From: Nitrospinaceae bacterium | GTDB taxonomy: Bacteria; Nitrospinota; Nitrospinia; Nitrospinales; Nitrospinaceae | Direction of reading: 5' to 3' | NCBI GenBank assembly: GCA_965237905.1 | Contig: OZ250172.1 | Span: 1,664,001 to 1,728,000 of the forward strand | Length of the DNA stretch: 64,000 nucleotides | Part shown: piece by piece, positions 29,250 through 38,448 of the stretch | Position numbering within the stretch: the first letter of the stretch is position 1 | Layout: every line of letters starts with the position of its first letter | Notes under the pieces: model-generated | Database searches by the model: none | Told to the model about the DNA's origin: nothing | Seen by the model: the letters and a program-made list of their open reading frames with translations, nothing else | Position numbers and translations under genes: made by a program

Positions 29250-30540
29250 TCACCCGGCTCAGCAGGGCAAAGGGTTCCACGAGATCGGGACTGGGAATCC
29301 ACACGCACCCGTTGCCGCCATGCGCAACGGAGACTGATTCCCCCTTCTTATTTTCAATGGCTTCGATTTTGAAATAGCGCTGGCCGCCGGGTGAAATGTA
29401 TTCCACCTCGTCGCCCACTTCGATACGGTTTTTGACCTCCACCTCCATCCACCCGCCGTCGCGCTCGCCCTTCACCTGCCCGGCATACACCTGCGGCAAT
29501 TGGTCGTCCTGCGGCGAGTCGAACCGCTCGGTCTCGTGGTCCGCGTTGGGAATAAGGAACGCTGAGGTAAACCCCCGGTTGGCGGTTTTGTTGATTTCCT
29601 CGATCAATTGCGGATCGAACTTCATCCCCTTCGCCATGTCATCAATCGCCCTGCGGTAATTGCGCACCACCACGGACAGATAGTAAATGGTCTTGGAACG
29701 GCCTTCGATCTTGAACGAGCACACCCCGGAATCGCGCAACTGCCTGATAAACTCGATGGCCCGCAGGTCCTTCGAGTTCATGATGTAGGTGCCATACTCG
29801 TCTTCATCGATGGGCATCAACTCGCCGGGACGCTGTTTCTCTTCTATATAATAGTCACCCTGTATAACATCCGGGTTGTGAGTGCTCCGCAGGGGTGCGG
29901 TCTCATCCGCCTGGTTGAACAGATCGTACTCCCAGCGGCAACTGTTGGTGCAGGTGCCCTGGTTGGCGTCGCGGTGATTGAAGTAATTGGACAAGAGACA
30001 CCGCCCGGAGTAGGCGATACAAATCGCGCCATGCACAAAGGACTCCAATTCCATATCCGGCACATGCTGATGAATGTCCTCGATCTCCGTCAGCGACAAC
30101 TCGCGCGACAGGATAATGCGTTGGACGCCCAGCTCCTGCCAGAACTGCACCGACGACCAGTTGATGGTGTTGGTCTGCACCGACAGGTGAACGGGAATCT
30201 CCGGAAACTCTTTCAGCGCGAAGCGGATCATCCCCGGATCGGCCATGATAAAGGCGTCCGGTTTGGCCTCGGCGAAATACGCCAGCGATTTTTGAAACGA
30301 CTCGATCTTGCGGTTGGGCGGCAGGATATTGGCGGTGATGTAAATCTTCTTACCCAGCTGATGCGTCTTTGCGATCGCGTCTCTCAGCGTCGCGTCCTTG
30401 AATGGATTCTCCCGCGCCCGCAGGGAAAACTTCGGAATGCCCGCATACACCGCATCCGCACCATAGGCGAACGCGTAATCCATTTTCTCCGGGCTCCCCG
30501 CCGGAGCCAATAATTCCGGTACCATACTCATGCATTCCAT
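29242..30540 (-). CDS. trhP: U32-family protein, tRNA hydroxylation TrhP/YegQ-like
   Basis: PELLAPAG, GADAVYAG, HGAICIAYSGRCLLS, ANQGTCTNSCRW, KIEGR. Confidence 0.85.
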   Translation of the reverse strand: MECMSMVPELLAPAGSPEKMDYAFAYGADAVYAGIPKFSLRARENPFKDATLRDAIAKTHQLGKKIYITANILPPNRKIESFQKSLAYFAEAKPDAFIMADPGMIRFALKEFPEIPVHLSVQTNTINWSSVQFWQELGVQRIILSRELSLTEIEDIHQHVPDMELESFVHGAICIAYSGRCLLSNYFNHRDANQGTCTNSCRWEYDLFNQADETAPLRSTHNPDVIQGDYYIEEKQRPGELMPIDEDEYGTYIMNSKDLRAIEFIRQLRDSGVCSFKIEGRSKTIYYLSVVVRNYRRAIDDMAKGMKFDPQLIEEINKTANRGFTSAFLIPNADHETERFDSPQDDQLPQVYAGQVKGERDGGWMEVEVKNRIEVGDEVEYISPGGQRYFKIEAIENKKGESVSVAHGGNGCVWIPSPDLVEPFALLSRVTL

Positions 30541-30669
30541 CCTGTGATTTTCATTCGATGCCCTGATTATATAGAAATGCGCTCAAGAGTAAAACCCTTA
30601 ACCCACTTGATGAAAAGGAGGAGAAATTGTCATCCTGAGCCTGTCGAAGGGTGACGAAATTCGAAAAAA

Positions 30670-31344
30670 TTACCTTGGACAATCTCTGGCGGGGGTGAAG
30701 CCCATCTGCCGGGCCTGCTGGAGGCTATGGAGGATGAGTGCCTGTTGGGGTCGAGTCCGCCTGTAGTTCTTACAGGCGGGCCAGCGTACGGTTTTGGTGC
30801 GGCGGTGGCCGACAATCCCATAATGAAAAATCCGGTCGTAATCCACCTGGCGGACGGTCACCGGCAAATCCGGAATATGTGATTCGCGGCGGAACTCCCA
30901 CGGCGGGAGCGGTTCCTTCTCCACCCACAAGCCGAGCTTTTTGGTGAACGCATAATGCTCCAGCCTCTGCAGGCGTTGATTCCTGATGGGATTCACCCGG
31001 TAATACCAAGCGAGGCCGGCATGCACCAACTCCTCATTCAGTACTCCTCCGTCCTCGACGATCACTTCCCCGATCCGGCGGTCATGTCGGTCGATCATGG
31101 AAACATTCACCTGCACCCGGCGTCCCAGCACCCTTTGTTCCGTAAACTGGCGCGCCTGTTTGCCGAACACCTGTCCCATCTCCGGCGCATCGACGTCGGA
31201 CAACCGTACCTTATATAAAGAAGGGCCGCTCTGCACCGTCAGCGTATCGCCATCGTGCACCGCCACCACCTGACCCATCAATGGGTTCACAGGCGCGGCC
31301 GCAAGCCACATCGATAACAGAGCCCCTGTGAAATTCATAAACAT
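30670..31344 (-). CDS. Exported thermonuclease (SNase) family protein
   Basis: VHDGDTL, VRLSDVDAPE, DRHDR, LVHAGLAW, GLW...PPWEFR. Confidence 0.9.
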   Translation of the reverse strand: MFMNFTGALLSMWLAAAPVNPLMGQVVAVHDGDTLTVQSGPSLYKVRLSDVDAPEMGQVFGKQARQFTEQRVLGRRVQVNVSMIDRHDRRIGEVIVEDGGVLNEELVHAGLAWYYRVNPIRNQRLQRLEHYAFTKKLGLWVEKEPLPPWEFRRESHIPDLPVTVRQVDYDRIFHYGIVGHRRTKTVRWPACKNYRRTRPQQALILHSLQQARQMGFTPARDCPR

Positions 31345-31381
31345 CTAACCATTATAAATCACTTGGGAATATAATGGCGGC

Positions 31382-32332
31382 ATGAATATCCTTCTATATG
31401 GTGCGGGGGCGGTGGGACTGGGCCTGGCCTCCTGCCTGTTGAAAGCCGGGGAACAGGTCGACCTGATCGGCCGCAAGGAGACGGTCACCGCGCTCAAACA
31501 AAACGGATTGGAGCGCACCGGCCTCTTCGGTGACTTCACCGCCGCGCCCAAATCCTTCGGGGCGTATTCTTCTTTAAGCGAACTCCCGCAAAACGATTAC
31601 GACTTCATACTGGTCTGCACCAAATCGTTCGACACACGCACCGCGGCGGAACAAGTTGCAAGCCTCCCGTTTCTGAAAAATGCATCGACTGTGTTGTGCC
31701 AGAACGGCTGGGGCAACGCTGAAATCTTCGCCGAACACTTTCCCAAAGAGCGCATCAAAAGCGGGCGCGTGATTACCGGATTCCGCCGTCTGCAAAAACA
31801 TCAGGTCGATATCACTGTGCATGCCGACGCCATTCATTTAGGCTCGTTGTTCGATGACGATGTGTCCGGCCTTGAAAAGTTGAGCGCGGCCATCAGCGCA
31901 GGCGGCATCCCATGCCAAGTGACCTCTACCATCAGCAAAGACCTGTGGGCAAAGATGCTCTACAACTGCATGCTCAACGGACTCAGCACGGTGTTCGATG
32001 TGCCCTACGGCGTGCTTGGCGAATCGCCCCACACGCGCGAACTGATGGAAAACATCGCGCATGAAGTGTACGCGGTGATGATGGCGGCAGGCTACGCCAC
32101 CCATTGGGCCAGCGCCGAAGATTACATCGATACCTTTTACAAACACCAACTGCCGCCGACCTACAGCCACGAACCGTCGATGTTACAAGATGTCCGCTCT
32201 GGCAAACGCACCGAGATCGACGCCCTCAACGGTGCCGTCGTTTCACTCGGCAAACAGCACGGCGTCGCCACCCCCACCAACACCACCGTGTGCCGCATGG
32301 TCCAATTCATGGAAAGCAGAAACCGAGCCTAG
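31382..32332 (+). CDS. panE: Ketopantoate reductase
   Basis: GAGAVG, QNG, LWAKMLYN, SMLQD, TEIDALNG. Confidence 0.92.
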   Translation: MNILLYGAGAVGLGLASCLLKAGEQVDLIGRKETVTALKQNGLERTGLFGDFTAAPKSFGAYSSLSELPQNDYDFILVCTKSFDTRTAAEQVASLPFLKNASTVLCQNGWGNAEIFAEHFPKERIKSGRVITGFRRLQKHQVDITVHADAIHLGSLFDDDVSGLEKLSAAISAGGIPCQVTSTISKDLWAKMLYNCMLNGLSTVFDVPYGVLGESPHTRELMENIAHEVYAVMMAAGYATHWASAEDYIDTFYKHQLPPTYSHEPSMLQDVRSGKRTEIDALNGAVVSLGKQHGVATPTNTTVCRMVQFMESRNRA

Positions 32333-32409
32333 CTAAATTATCGCCCAAATATTCTAAACATCGTTTATCCTGAATCTGTTCGCCGGACATTACTTAATTT
32401 CTTAAAAAA

Positions 32410-33894
32410 TTGGTTATGCTTCAGAAAATTCCCATCATCAAAAACCTGTCTCCCATCCAACGATCCTTCGCAATCACAGTGGGTGCGCTCCTTCTTTATG
32501 AATTGATAGGATATGCCCCACTTACTTTTTTATTTCCAGATACTCATTTTTCAAATGTAGGACCTGATTTCAAGTTTACTAATCATTTTAATTTATTCCT
32601 TTTGGGATTCATGCCGGCCATCTCGGGATTTTTTCTGGTGGAGGTTGGTTCATTCTTTCTGCCCCCTCTAAAATCCTGGCGCATGGAAGGAAAAAGGGGA
32701 CGGAGTCGACTGACGAAATGGTCTCTAATAGTTTCTCTGGCCTTGGCTACTCTACATGCCTCAGCTTTAATCCATTCTTTTACCAGCCGTATCCTTCCCA
32801 ACGGACAGCATCTTTTGGAAGATCCTTCTATTTTTCATCAAGGATTACTGGTGGTTGTGGTAGTGCTGGGATTCGCCATGCTCTGTGGTTTGGCGGAAAT
32901 GATTACACGCCACGGCATCGGCAACGGTTTTGCCGTTATCATCGGTTACGGAATCATTTTCTCCATTCCCCAGTCTATTGTCGACCTATTTACCCAGGAC
33001 GTGGAAATTGAGAATTTATCTCTAGGGCGAAAAAATATCATGACGGGTGAACCGCCCAATCTGGTCGGTATTCTTCTATTCATTTTTGTTCTGGCGGTGC
33101 TTTACAAAAAGTTCTGGCGCGGAGTTCCTTTAACCGTGCTCTACAAAAAGTTCTGGAACAGCGTCCCTGTTTTATTGAAAAGAATCCGCCCGCCACTTCT
33201 AAAAATAAAAGTGAAAAGGAAACCGGTAAACTTCCAACTGCCTTACCTTCCGCAGGGGGTCTTCACTTTTATTTGGCCCTTCACCCTTCTGAGTTATGTG
33301 AACGCCCTTATTTTCAGTTGGGACTGGTCACATAATTATCTTGGCGACAACACCTGGACCTTTTGGCTGATTTATACCGTTCTGCTGGTTGGAACTTCTT
33401 ATCTCGGTTATTTCCTCATCTCCCATCCGGATCGAATCGCGCACAACACTTTGGGGAAAATTAAGTTTCAGGAAGGTTGGGAACAGAAAGTGGATTGGAA
33501 TGCCATCCGCGCCATAATCTTCATCACTCCGGTCTGGTTGCTGTGGAATGCTCCCTTATCGGTCTACGCGGAGGAAAGCATCCTGCTTGGGTCGCTTGGA
33601 CTTGGGAGTATCATTCTCTTGGCGGCATTCATTAAAGATGTGATCGAACAATACCGTTTCATGAAGAATGCCCAAAACCCGCATGTGCTGGCAACATTCG
33701 ATAACGTCCATTTCGTTACTTATCTGAAAGGATTGTTTGAAGCGGAGGGGATCCGGTTCTGCGTCCAGGCTTTTGAGTACCGCCGGTTGTTTTATTTTTT
33801 TGAACCGTTGATCAAAATGCGCGTCCTGGTCGACGGCCGCGACTGGGACAAGGCCAAGCAACTGGCTGATCTGGAAAACGTCACCATTATTTAG
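32410..33894 (+). CDS. Divergent SecY-like membrane protein with C-terminal DUF2007-like domain
   Basis: LFLLGFMPAISGFFLVEV, EGKRGRSRL and AEMITRHGIGNGFAVII match SecY motifs; soluble tail ATFDN...LKGLFEAEGI...MRVLV. Confidence 0.7.
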   Translation: MVMLQKIPIIKNLSPIQRSFAITVGALLLYELIGYAPLTFLFPDTHFSNVGPDFKFTNHFNLFLLGFMPAISGFFLVEVGSFFLPPLKSWRMEGKRGRSRLTKWSLIVSLALATLHASALIHSFTSRILPNGQHLLEDPSIFHQGLLVVVVVLGFAMLCGLAEMITRHGIGNGFAVIIGYGIIFSIPQSIVDLFTQDVEIENLSLGRKNIMTGEPPNLVGILLFIFVLAVLYKKFWRGVPLTVLYKKFWNSVPVLLKRIRPPLLKIKVKRKPVNFQLPYLPQGVFTFIWPFTLLSYVNALIFSWDWSHNYLGDNTWTFWLIYTVLLVGTSYLGYFLISHPDRIAHNTLGKIKFQEGWEQKVDWNAIRAIIFITPVWLLWNAPLSVYAEESILLGSLGLGSIILLAAFIKDVIEQYRFMKNAQNPHVLATFDNVHFVTYLKGLFEAEGIRFCVQAFEYRRLFYFFEPLIKMRVLVDGRDWDKAKQLADLENVTII

Positions 33895-33979
33895 AATTTG
33901 CTAAAAACGTCTTTCTATCACATTTCTCCCTTTGCCCCATACACATAAATCGGCAGTTTTATGTGTATAGAAATCGGGA

Positions 33980-34087
33980 CTCAAAATCCTATTCATCCTG
34001 ATTATCCCGTTATCCTGTCAAAAATCCACCCAGCCCCCTTCACAAAGGGGGAGCAAAATCTCTGTGTCCTCCGTGCCCTCTGTGGTG
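33980..34087. repeat. Mosaic REP-like cluster related to 13727-13970
   Basis: CTCAAAATCCTATTCATCCTGATTATCCCGTTATCCTGTCAAA nearly identical to 13757-13799; CCCCCTTCACAAAGGGGG; CTCCGTGCCCTCTGTGG. Confidence 0.85.
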
Positions 34088-34218
34088 ATAAATCCTTTGA
34101 AAATCGCCAACTTACAACTAATTTCATTTTCTATGTCAACCGATCTCTCCCTGGCGCGTTTTACTGGATAGTGGCAATAAATCCATTACACTATATTAAA
34201 TAAACAAGGAGAGGCACA

Positions 34219-34698
34219 ATGTTGAAGAAAATGATTTCAGGAATATTCAGTCTTTTGATACTAATCCCCGCAACCACCGCGCTGGCAGATGGCCCCGGTC
34301 AGGTCATTCAGGACCGGCTGGATCATCGAGGCGATGTCATCGACGAACGGTTGGACCAGAGGGGTTCCAATATCAACGACCGCTTGGACCAACGAGGTTC
34401 CAACATCAATGATCGGTTGGACCAACGAGGTTCCAATATCAATGACCGGTTGGACCAGAAGTCTCAACAGGCCTTGGACGCCGGGAAACCCGGATTGGCC
34501 AAGCGGTTGGACCGTAAAGGCGACCGGGTTGAAAGACGTATGGACCGCAGAGGCGACCGCGTCGAAAAACGTATGGATCGCAGAGGCGATCGGATTGAAA
34601 AACGCCATGACCGCAGAGGCGACCGCATCAACAAACGTATGGATCGCAAAGGCAAGCGCATCCATAAAAGATCGCATCACCGCCGCGCAAGAAGGTAA
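34219..34698 (+). CDS. Exported protein of 11-aa tandem repeats (RLDQRGSNIND / RMDRRGDRIEK)
   Basis: Signal peptide ending ALA, 33-bp DNA repeats, strong RBS AAGGAG. Confidence 0.85.
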   Translation: MLKKMISGIFSLLILIPATTALADGPGQVIQDRLDHRGDVIDERLDQRGSNINDRLDQRGSNINDRLDQRGSNINDRLDQKSQQALDAGKPGLAKRLDRKGDRVERRMDRRGDRVEKRMDRRGDRIEKRHDRRGDRINKRMDRKGKRIHKRSHHRRARR

Positions 34699-34718
34699 GT
34701 GGCAAGTGGAATCAAATA

Positions 34719-34756
34719 CCGGCGGGGGGATGATGTTCCTCCGCCGGATTTTTTTT
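34719..34756 (+). terminator. Intrinsic terminator between repeat-protein gene and ECF sigma gene
   Basis: CCGGCGGGGG...CCTCCGCCGG hairpin plus T8. Confidence 0.75.
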
Positions 34757-34782
34757 AACGTTCAACCTATTTCAGGAAACGC

Positions 34783-35334
34783 ATGCGGATGGAACGCCCG
34801 ACCATGGACGATTTTCTGGCATCTGTGGAACGCCAGGCCTTCCGCATGGCCGAGTTTGCCACCCGCAACGCCGATGAAGCATTGGACATCGTGCAGGACG
34901 CCATGATAAGTTTGGTGAAAAACTATTCCACGAAACCGGATGGGGAATGGAGGCCGCTGTTCTTTCGGATCGTGCAGAATCGTATCCGTGACTGGCACCG
35001 CAAAAAATCCGTCCGTGACCGTTGGAACGGGATGCGCAATTTATGGCAAGGGCAGGAAAGTGAAGATAAGGAAGATCCGATCCAAACCCTGGCCGACCCC
35101 AAAGGCAAGACTCCCGGCGAACAGGCGGCTCTCAAGAATTCCACGGTAGCGTTGGATTCCGCTCTCAAAACACTGCCGTGGCGCCAGCAACAGGCATTTC
35201 TGCTGCGTGCCTGGGAAGAAATGAGCGTGGCGGAAACCGCCCGCGCTATGAAATGTTCAGAGGGCTCGGTGAAGACTCATTATTCACGCGCCCTGCACAC
35301 TCTACGCAATTTATTGGAAGATCATTGGCCATGA
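34783..35334 (+). CDS. ECF RNA polymerase sigma factor
   Basis: ALDIVQDAM, PLFFRIVQNRIRDWHR, RQQQAFLLR, CSEGSVKTHYSRA. Confidence 0.93.
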   Translation: MRMERPTMDDFLASVERQAFRMAEFATRNADEALDIVQDAMISLVKNYSTKPDGEWRPLFFRIVQNRIRDWHRKKSVRDRWNGMRNLWQGQESEDKEDPIQTLADPKGKTPGEQAALKNSTVALDSALKTLPWRQQQAFLLRAWEEMSVAETARAMKCSEGSVKTHYSRALHTLRNLLEDHWP

Positions 35335-35690
35335 ATGAACAAGACAAGGAAAAACAATTTATCGACAACGTCAAAAAGGCGTTGGACCTCGGTGCGGAAA
35401 ATCTGGACGCGGGCATTCAATCCAAACTCACCCGCGCTCGTCATCAGGCTTTGGACGCCGGTGAACGCAAGGGTTTCGACATCCGGCAATGGTTCACCCT
35501 GCCGGTAGCCGGCTGGGCCTCTGCATGTCTCATCGTGCTGGGGCTGGCGATTTATATACAACAACCCAACGGGACGCTCCCTCCGCTGGAAGACATCGAC
35601 CTGCTCGTCGCCGAAGACAACCTGGAATTTTATGACGGTCTCGAATTCTACGCCTGGCTGGCTGAGGAAAAAATAGATGCCGCCGGGTAA
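35331..35690 (+). CDS. Putative membrane anti-sigma factor (DUF3619-like)
   Basis: ATGA overlap with the sigma gene, SKLTRARHQAL, one TM, DLL...LEFYAWL. Confidence 0.75.
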   Translation: MNEQDKEKQFIDNVKKALDLGAENLDAGIQSKLTRARHQALDAGERKGFDIRQWFTLPVAGWASACLIVLGLAIYIQQPNGTLPPLEDIDLLVAEDNLEFYDGLEFYAWLAEEKIDAAG

Positions 35691-35925
35691 AGGCCCCCTA
35701 TGGAGCACGGTACTTCTGCTGGGACTGTTAAATTTCCCGGCATTTGCGCAGGAACCGGGGCAGGTCCGGGAAGGGTCTGAAAATACGGAAATGCCCTCTC
35801 TGGAATTCCTGGAATTTTTGGGGGATTGGGAAACGGATGACGGTGAATGGATTGATCCGGAAGAGCTGGAACAAATCGCGCTTGATGATCAGGAACAAGA
35901 GGTTGAAGATGAAACACAAAAATAA
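35677..35925 (+). CDS. Small exported acidic protein
   Basis: Signal peptide, PSLEFLEFLGDWETDDGEWIDP; coupled to neighbours. Confidence 0.7.
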   Translation: MPPGKGPLWSTVLLLGLLNFPAFAQEPGQVREGSENTEMPSLEFLEFLGDWETDDGEWIDPEELEQIALDDQEQEVEDETQK

Positions 35926-36514
35926 ATTAGCAGCGGTCACGGGAGGGTTCCTCCTGTTGCTGATGAGTCTGCCGGGCACCGGTTGGACGCAGGAGCCCGG
36001 AGTGCCTTGGGATCAGCTGAGTCCCAATGAGCAAAAGGTGCTGAAACCGTTTGCACAGCGGTGGGATCAACTGCCGCCGGACAAGCAGGCGCGGATGAAA
36101 AAAGGCGCGAACCGTTGGGGCCAACTCTCGCCGCAACAGCGCCAGAACATGAAACGACGGATGAAGACCTGGAAGGGGATGACACCGGAACAGCGCCAAC
36201 AGGTCCGCAAAAAATTCGATCGCTTCAGTAAACTGCCGCCGGAGAAACGCAAACAGTTGCGCCGCTCCCGAAAATGGTTCAACAATCTGCCGCCGGAGAG
36301 AAAACAGCAACTGAAAAAACGCTGGCAGAACTTGCCGCCGGATAAGCGGAAACAATTTCTCAAAAAACGGCAACACCGAGAGCAATCGAGGAAACGAAAA
36401 TTCCGGAATATGACGCCTCAACAACGCCAGCAGTTCCGTAAGAAAAGGCAGGATATGAACCCGGAACAGCGTCGGCAATTCAAAAAAAGGATGCAGAAAC
36501 GGCGGCAGAGGTAA
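35909..36514 (+). CDS. DUF3106-like exported basic repeat protein
   Basis: Repeated W/F-x-x-L-[SP]-P-E-Q-R motif; ATG at 35909. Confidence 0.8.
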   Translation: MKHKNKLAAVTGGFLLLLMSLPGTGWTQEPGVPWDQLSPNEQKVLKPFAQRWDQLPPDKQARMKKGANRWGQLSPQQRQNMKRRMKTWKGMTPEQRQQVRKKFDRFSKLPPEKRKQLRRSRKWFNNLPPERKQQLKKRWQNLPPDKRKQFLKKRQHREQSRKRKFRNMTPQQRQQFRKKRQDMNPEQRRQFKKRMQKRRQR

Positions 36515-36670
36515 ATGCCTTGACGCGAAAAATACCGGGCACACCCTGCGATTAAAAGAGTTGAAAAACGCATTCTTAAGAAAACCCTCTCCATTAATAA
36601 ACCCCTCGTGCATCCCATTGTGTTCTACTGGATACATTACGGAATTATTCAGATCTTTATGGAGAAGAGT

Positions 36671-37030
36671 ATGTTTAAGAAATGTGCTGTCGGAATTTTC
36701 AGCCTGCTGATCTTTATGCCCGGTTCAACGGCCCTGGCCCATGAGGATGGCGCCAGCCAGAATTTCGAGAATCGGTTCGACTATAAAGAAGACCAGATCA
36801 ATCAACACCTGGACCAAAAAAGCGACCGAATCGAAAATCGCCTCGAACGTAAAGGCAATAAAATGGACCGGAAACTGGATCGCAAAAGTCAAAAAGCCCA
36901 TCGCAAGATGCACAAAAAAGGTCAGAAAATAGACCGCAAGATGCATAATACGGGATTCCAGCATGGCATGTCCCAGGCCCTCAACAACGGCAAGGGTAAG
37001 AAAAAAGGATTGCACCGGAAGATGCGCTAA
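36671..37030 (+). CDS. Exported repeat protein, paralogue of 34219-34698
   Basis: Signal MFKKCAVGIFSLLIFMPGSTALA resembles MLKKMISGIFSLLILIPATTALA; 11-aa LDxK repeats. Confidence 0.8.
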   Translation: MFKKCAVGIFSLLIFMPGSTALAHEDGASQNFENRFDYKEDQINQHLDQKSDRIENRLERKGNKMDRKLDRKSQKAHRKMHKKGQKIDRKMHNTGFQHGMSQALNNGKGKKKGLHRKMR

Positions 37031-37040
37031 AAACGGCTGA

Positions 37041-37136
37041 GCGGAGTACCTCCGCCCGTAACTTTAAAACTTTTAGTTGTGCACAAGGATTGTCGTCCGC
37101 TGTTAACGGTCAACAAATTCCCCCTCTGGGAAAGAG
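37041..37136 (+). repeat. Family A repeat
   Basis: GCGGAGTACCTCCGC ... GCTGTTAACGGTCA ... TTCCCCCTCTGGGAAAGAG. Confidence 0.85.
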
Positions 37137-37171
37137 AAAACCCGCCTCCCTTTTGGGGATGGCGGGTTTTT
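37137..37171. terminator. Bidirectional terminator downstream of tRNA-Asn
   Basis: AAAACCCGCC...GGCGGGTTTTT. Confidence 0.85.
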
Positions 37172-37177
37172 CATATC

Positions 37178-37252
37178 TGGCTCCGGAGACAAGATTCGAA
37201 CTTGTAACCCGTCGGTTAACAGCCGACTGCTCTACCATTGAGCCACTCCGGA
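37178..37252 (-). tRNA. tRNA-Asn(GTT)
   Basis: TCCGGAGTGGCTCAATGG...GTCGG-CTGTTAA-CCGAC...GTTCGAATC...GCCA. Confidence 0.97.
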
Positions 37253-37318
37253 ATGGTATTTGGATTCAGTTGGATTGGGGTCCAAGGTTCCCTAATTTAA
37301 GGAAAAATCAGGCCCCGG

Positions 37319-37921
37319 TCAAGTGTCAATTTCCATGCGGCCTTCCATAGATTTTTTGAGCGTGACCGGGTCGGCATATTCGATATCCCCGCCGACAGGT
37401 AGGCCACGTGCGATACGCGTCACCTTCACCCCGGCGTCTTTCAGCATACGGGCGATATAAATAGCGGTCGATTCCCCTTCCATGTCCGGATTAGTTGCCA
37501 GGATCACTTCGCGGGTACCGTTTCGGCCCACCTTCGTTTTTAAATCCTCGGTGGTCAAATCCTGCGGCCCGATGCCGTCGAGCGGCGAGATCACCCCCAT
37601 CAGCACATGGTACTCGCCCTTGTAGTCGCCCATGTTCTCTATCACGTACACGTCGTACGGCTCCTCCACCACGCAGATCTGATGATGGTCGCGTTTCGGG
37701 TCCTGGCAGATGTCGCACGGGTCTATTTCGGTGATGCCGTGGCAATTCGAGCAGAGGATGACCTTTTCCTTGATGTTCACAATCGTACGCGCCAGATTTT
37801 CCACCCGCTCCTTCTCGCCGCGCATCAGGTAAAACGACAGACGTTCCGCCGTCTTCTGGCCGATACCCGGCAGGCGTTTCAATTCTTCGATGAGTTCTTT
37901 AACCGCGGCGGGTCGTTTCAT
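37319..37921 (-). CDS. recR: Recombination mediator RecR
   Basis: LPGIGQKTAERL, C4 zinc finger, YHVLMGVISP, EVILAT, RIARGLPVG. Confidence 0.97.
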   Translation of the reverse strand: MKRPAAVKELIEELKRLPGIGQKTAERLSFYLMRGEKERVENLARTIVNIKEKVILCSNCHGITEIDPCDICQDPKRDHHQICVVEEPYDVYVIENMGDYKGEYHVLMGVISPLDGIGPQDLTTEDLKTKVGRNGTREVILATNPDMEGESTAIYIARMLKDAGVKVTRIARGLPVGGDIEYADPVTLKKSMEGRMEIDT

Positions 37922-37950
37922 GGGAATTTATGGAATAAGGGGTTCTGCGC

Positions 37951-38268
37951 TCAGGGAAAAATGCCGGGGATTTTGATGCCGCCGGTGAGTTTGGTCATCT
38001 CTTCCTGCGCCAGATCCTTGACCTTGCGATGCACTTCGTTGATGGCACCGGCGACCAGGTCTTCCAGAATGGCGCGGTCCTTCATGTTGATCAGTTCTTC
38101 GTCGATGTGAATGTGCAGGATTTCGTTGTTGCCGTTGGCGGTGACTTTCACCATGCCGCCGCCGGTGGAGACCTCGACCTGTTTTTTGGCGAGTTCCTCC
38201 TGCATTTCGGCCATCTTCTCTTTCATCTGCGACGCCTGCTTGAACAGGTCGCCCATACCTTTAAACAT
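37951..38268 (-). CDS. ybaB: YbaB/EbfC nucleoid-associated protein
   Basis: GGGMVKVTANG, LEDLV; between dnaX and recR; start set at ATG 38268 behind AGGAG. Confidence 0.95.
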   Translation of the reverse strand: MFKGMGDLFKQASQMKEKMAEMQEELAKKQVEVSTGGGMVKVTANGNNEILHIHIDEELINMKDRAILEDLVAGAINEVHRKVKDLAQEEMTKLTGGIKIPGIFP

Positions 38269-38279
38269 GATTCTCCTTT

Positions 38280-38448
38280 GCGGCAAATCGCCGCAGACCA
38301 GCGTAACGCTGGACCTGGTTCCGAATTGTGCTCAACAATTTCCCAATGCAGTCAACCGTCAACCAGTTTCATCTCCCCGTGAGGGGAGTTGCGCCCGAGG
38401 ATCATCGCCAGCCGTTAACGGTCAGCCAGTTCCCTGCCCTGGGAAGGG
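38280..38448 (+). repeat. Tandem family A repeats filling the dnaX-ybaB spacer
   Basis: GCGGCAAATCGCCGC, CCAGCGTAACGCTGG, AATTGTGCTCAAC, GCCGTTAACGGTCAGCCAGTT. Confidence 0.88.

Noticed and set aside
34348..34460. 33-bp tandem repeats as a CRISPR array
   Set aside because: Contiguous, no unique spacers, variation at synonymous positions, encode 11-aa protein repeats, no cas genes
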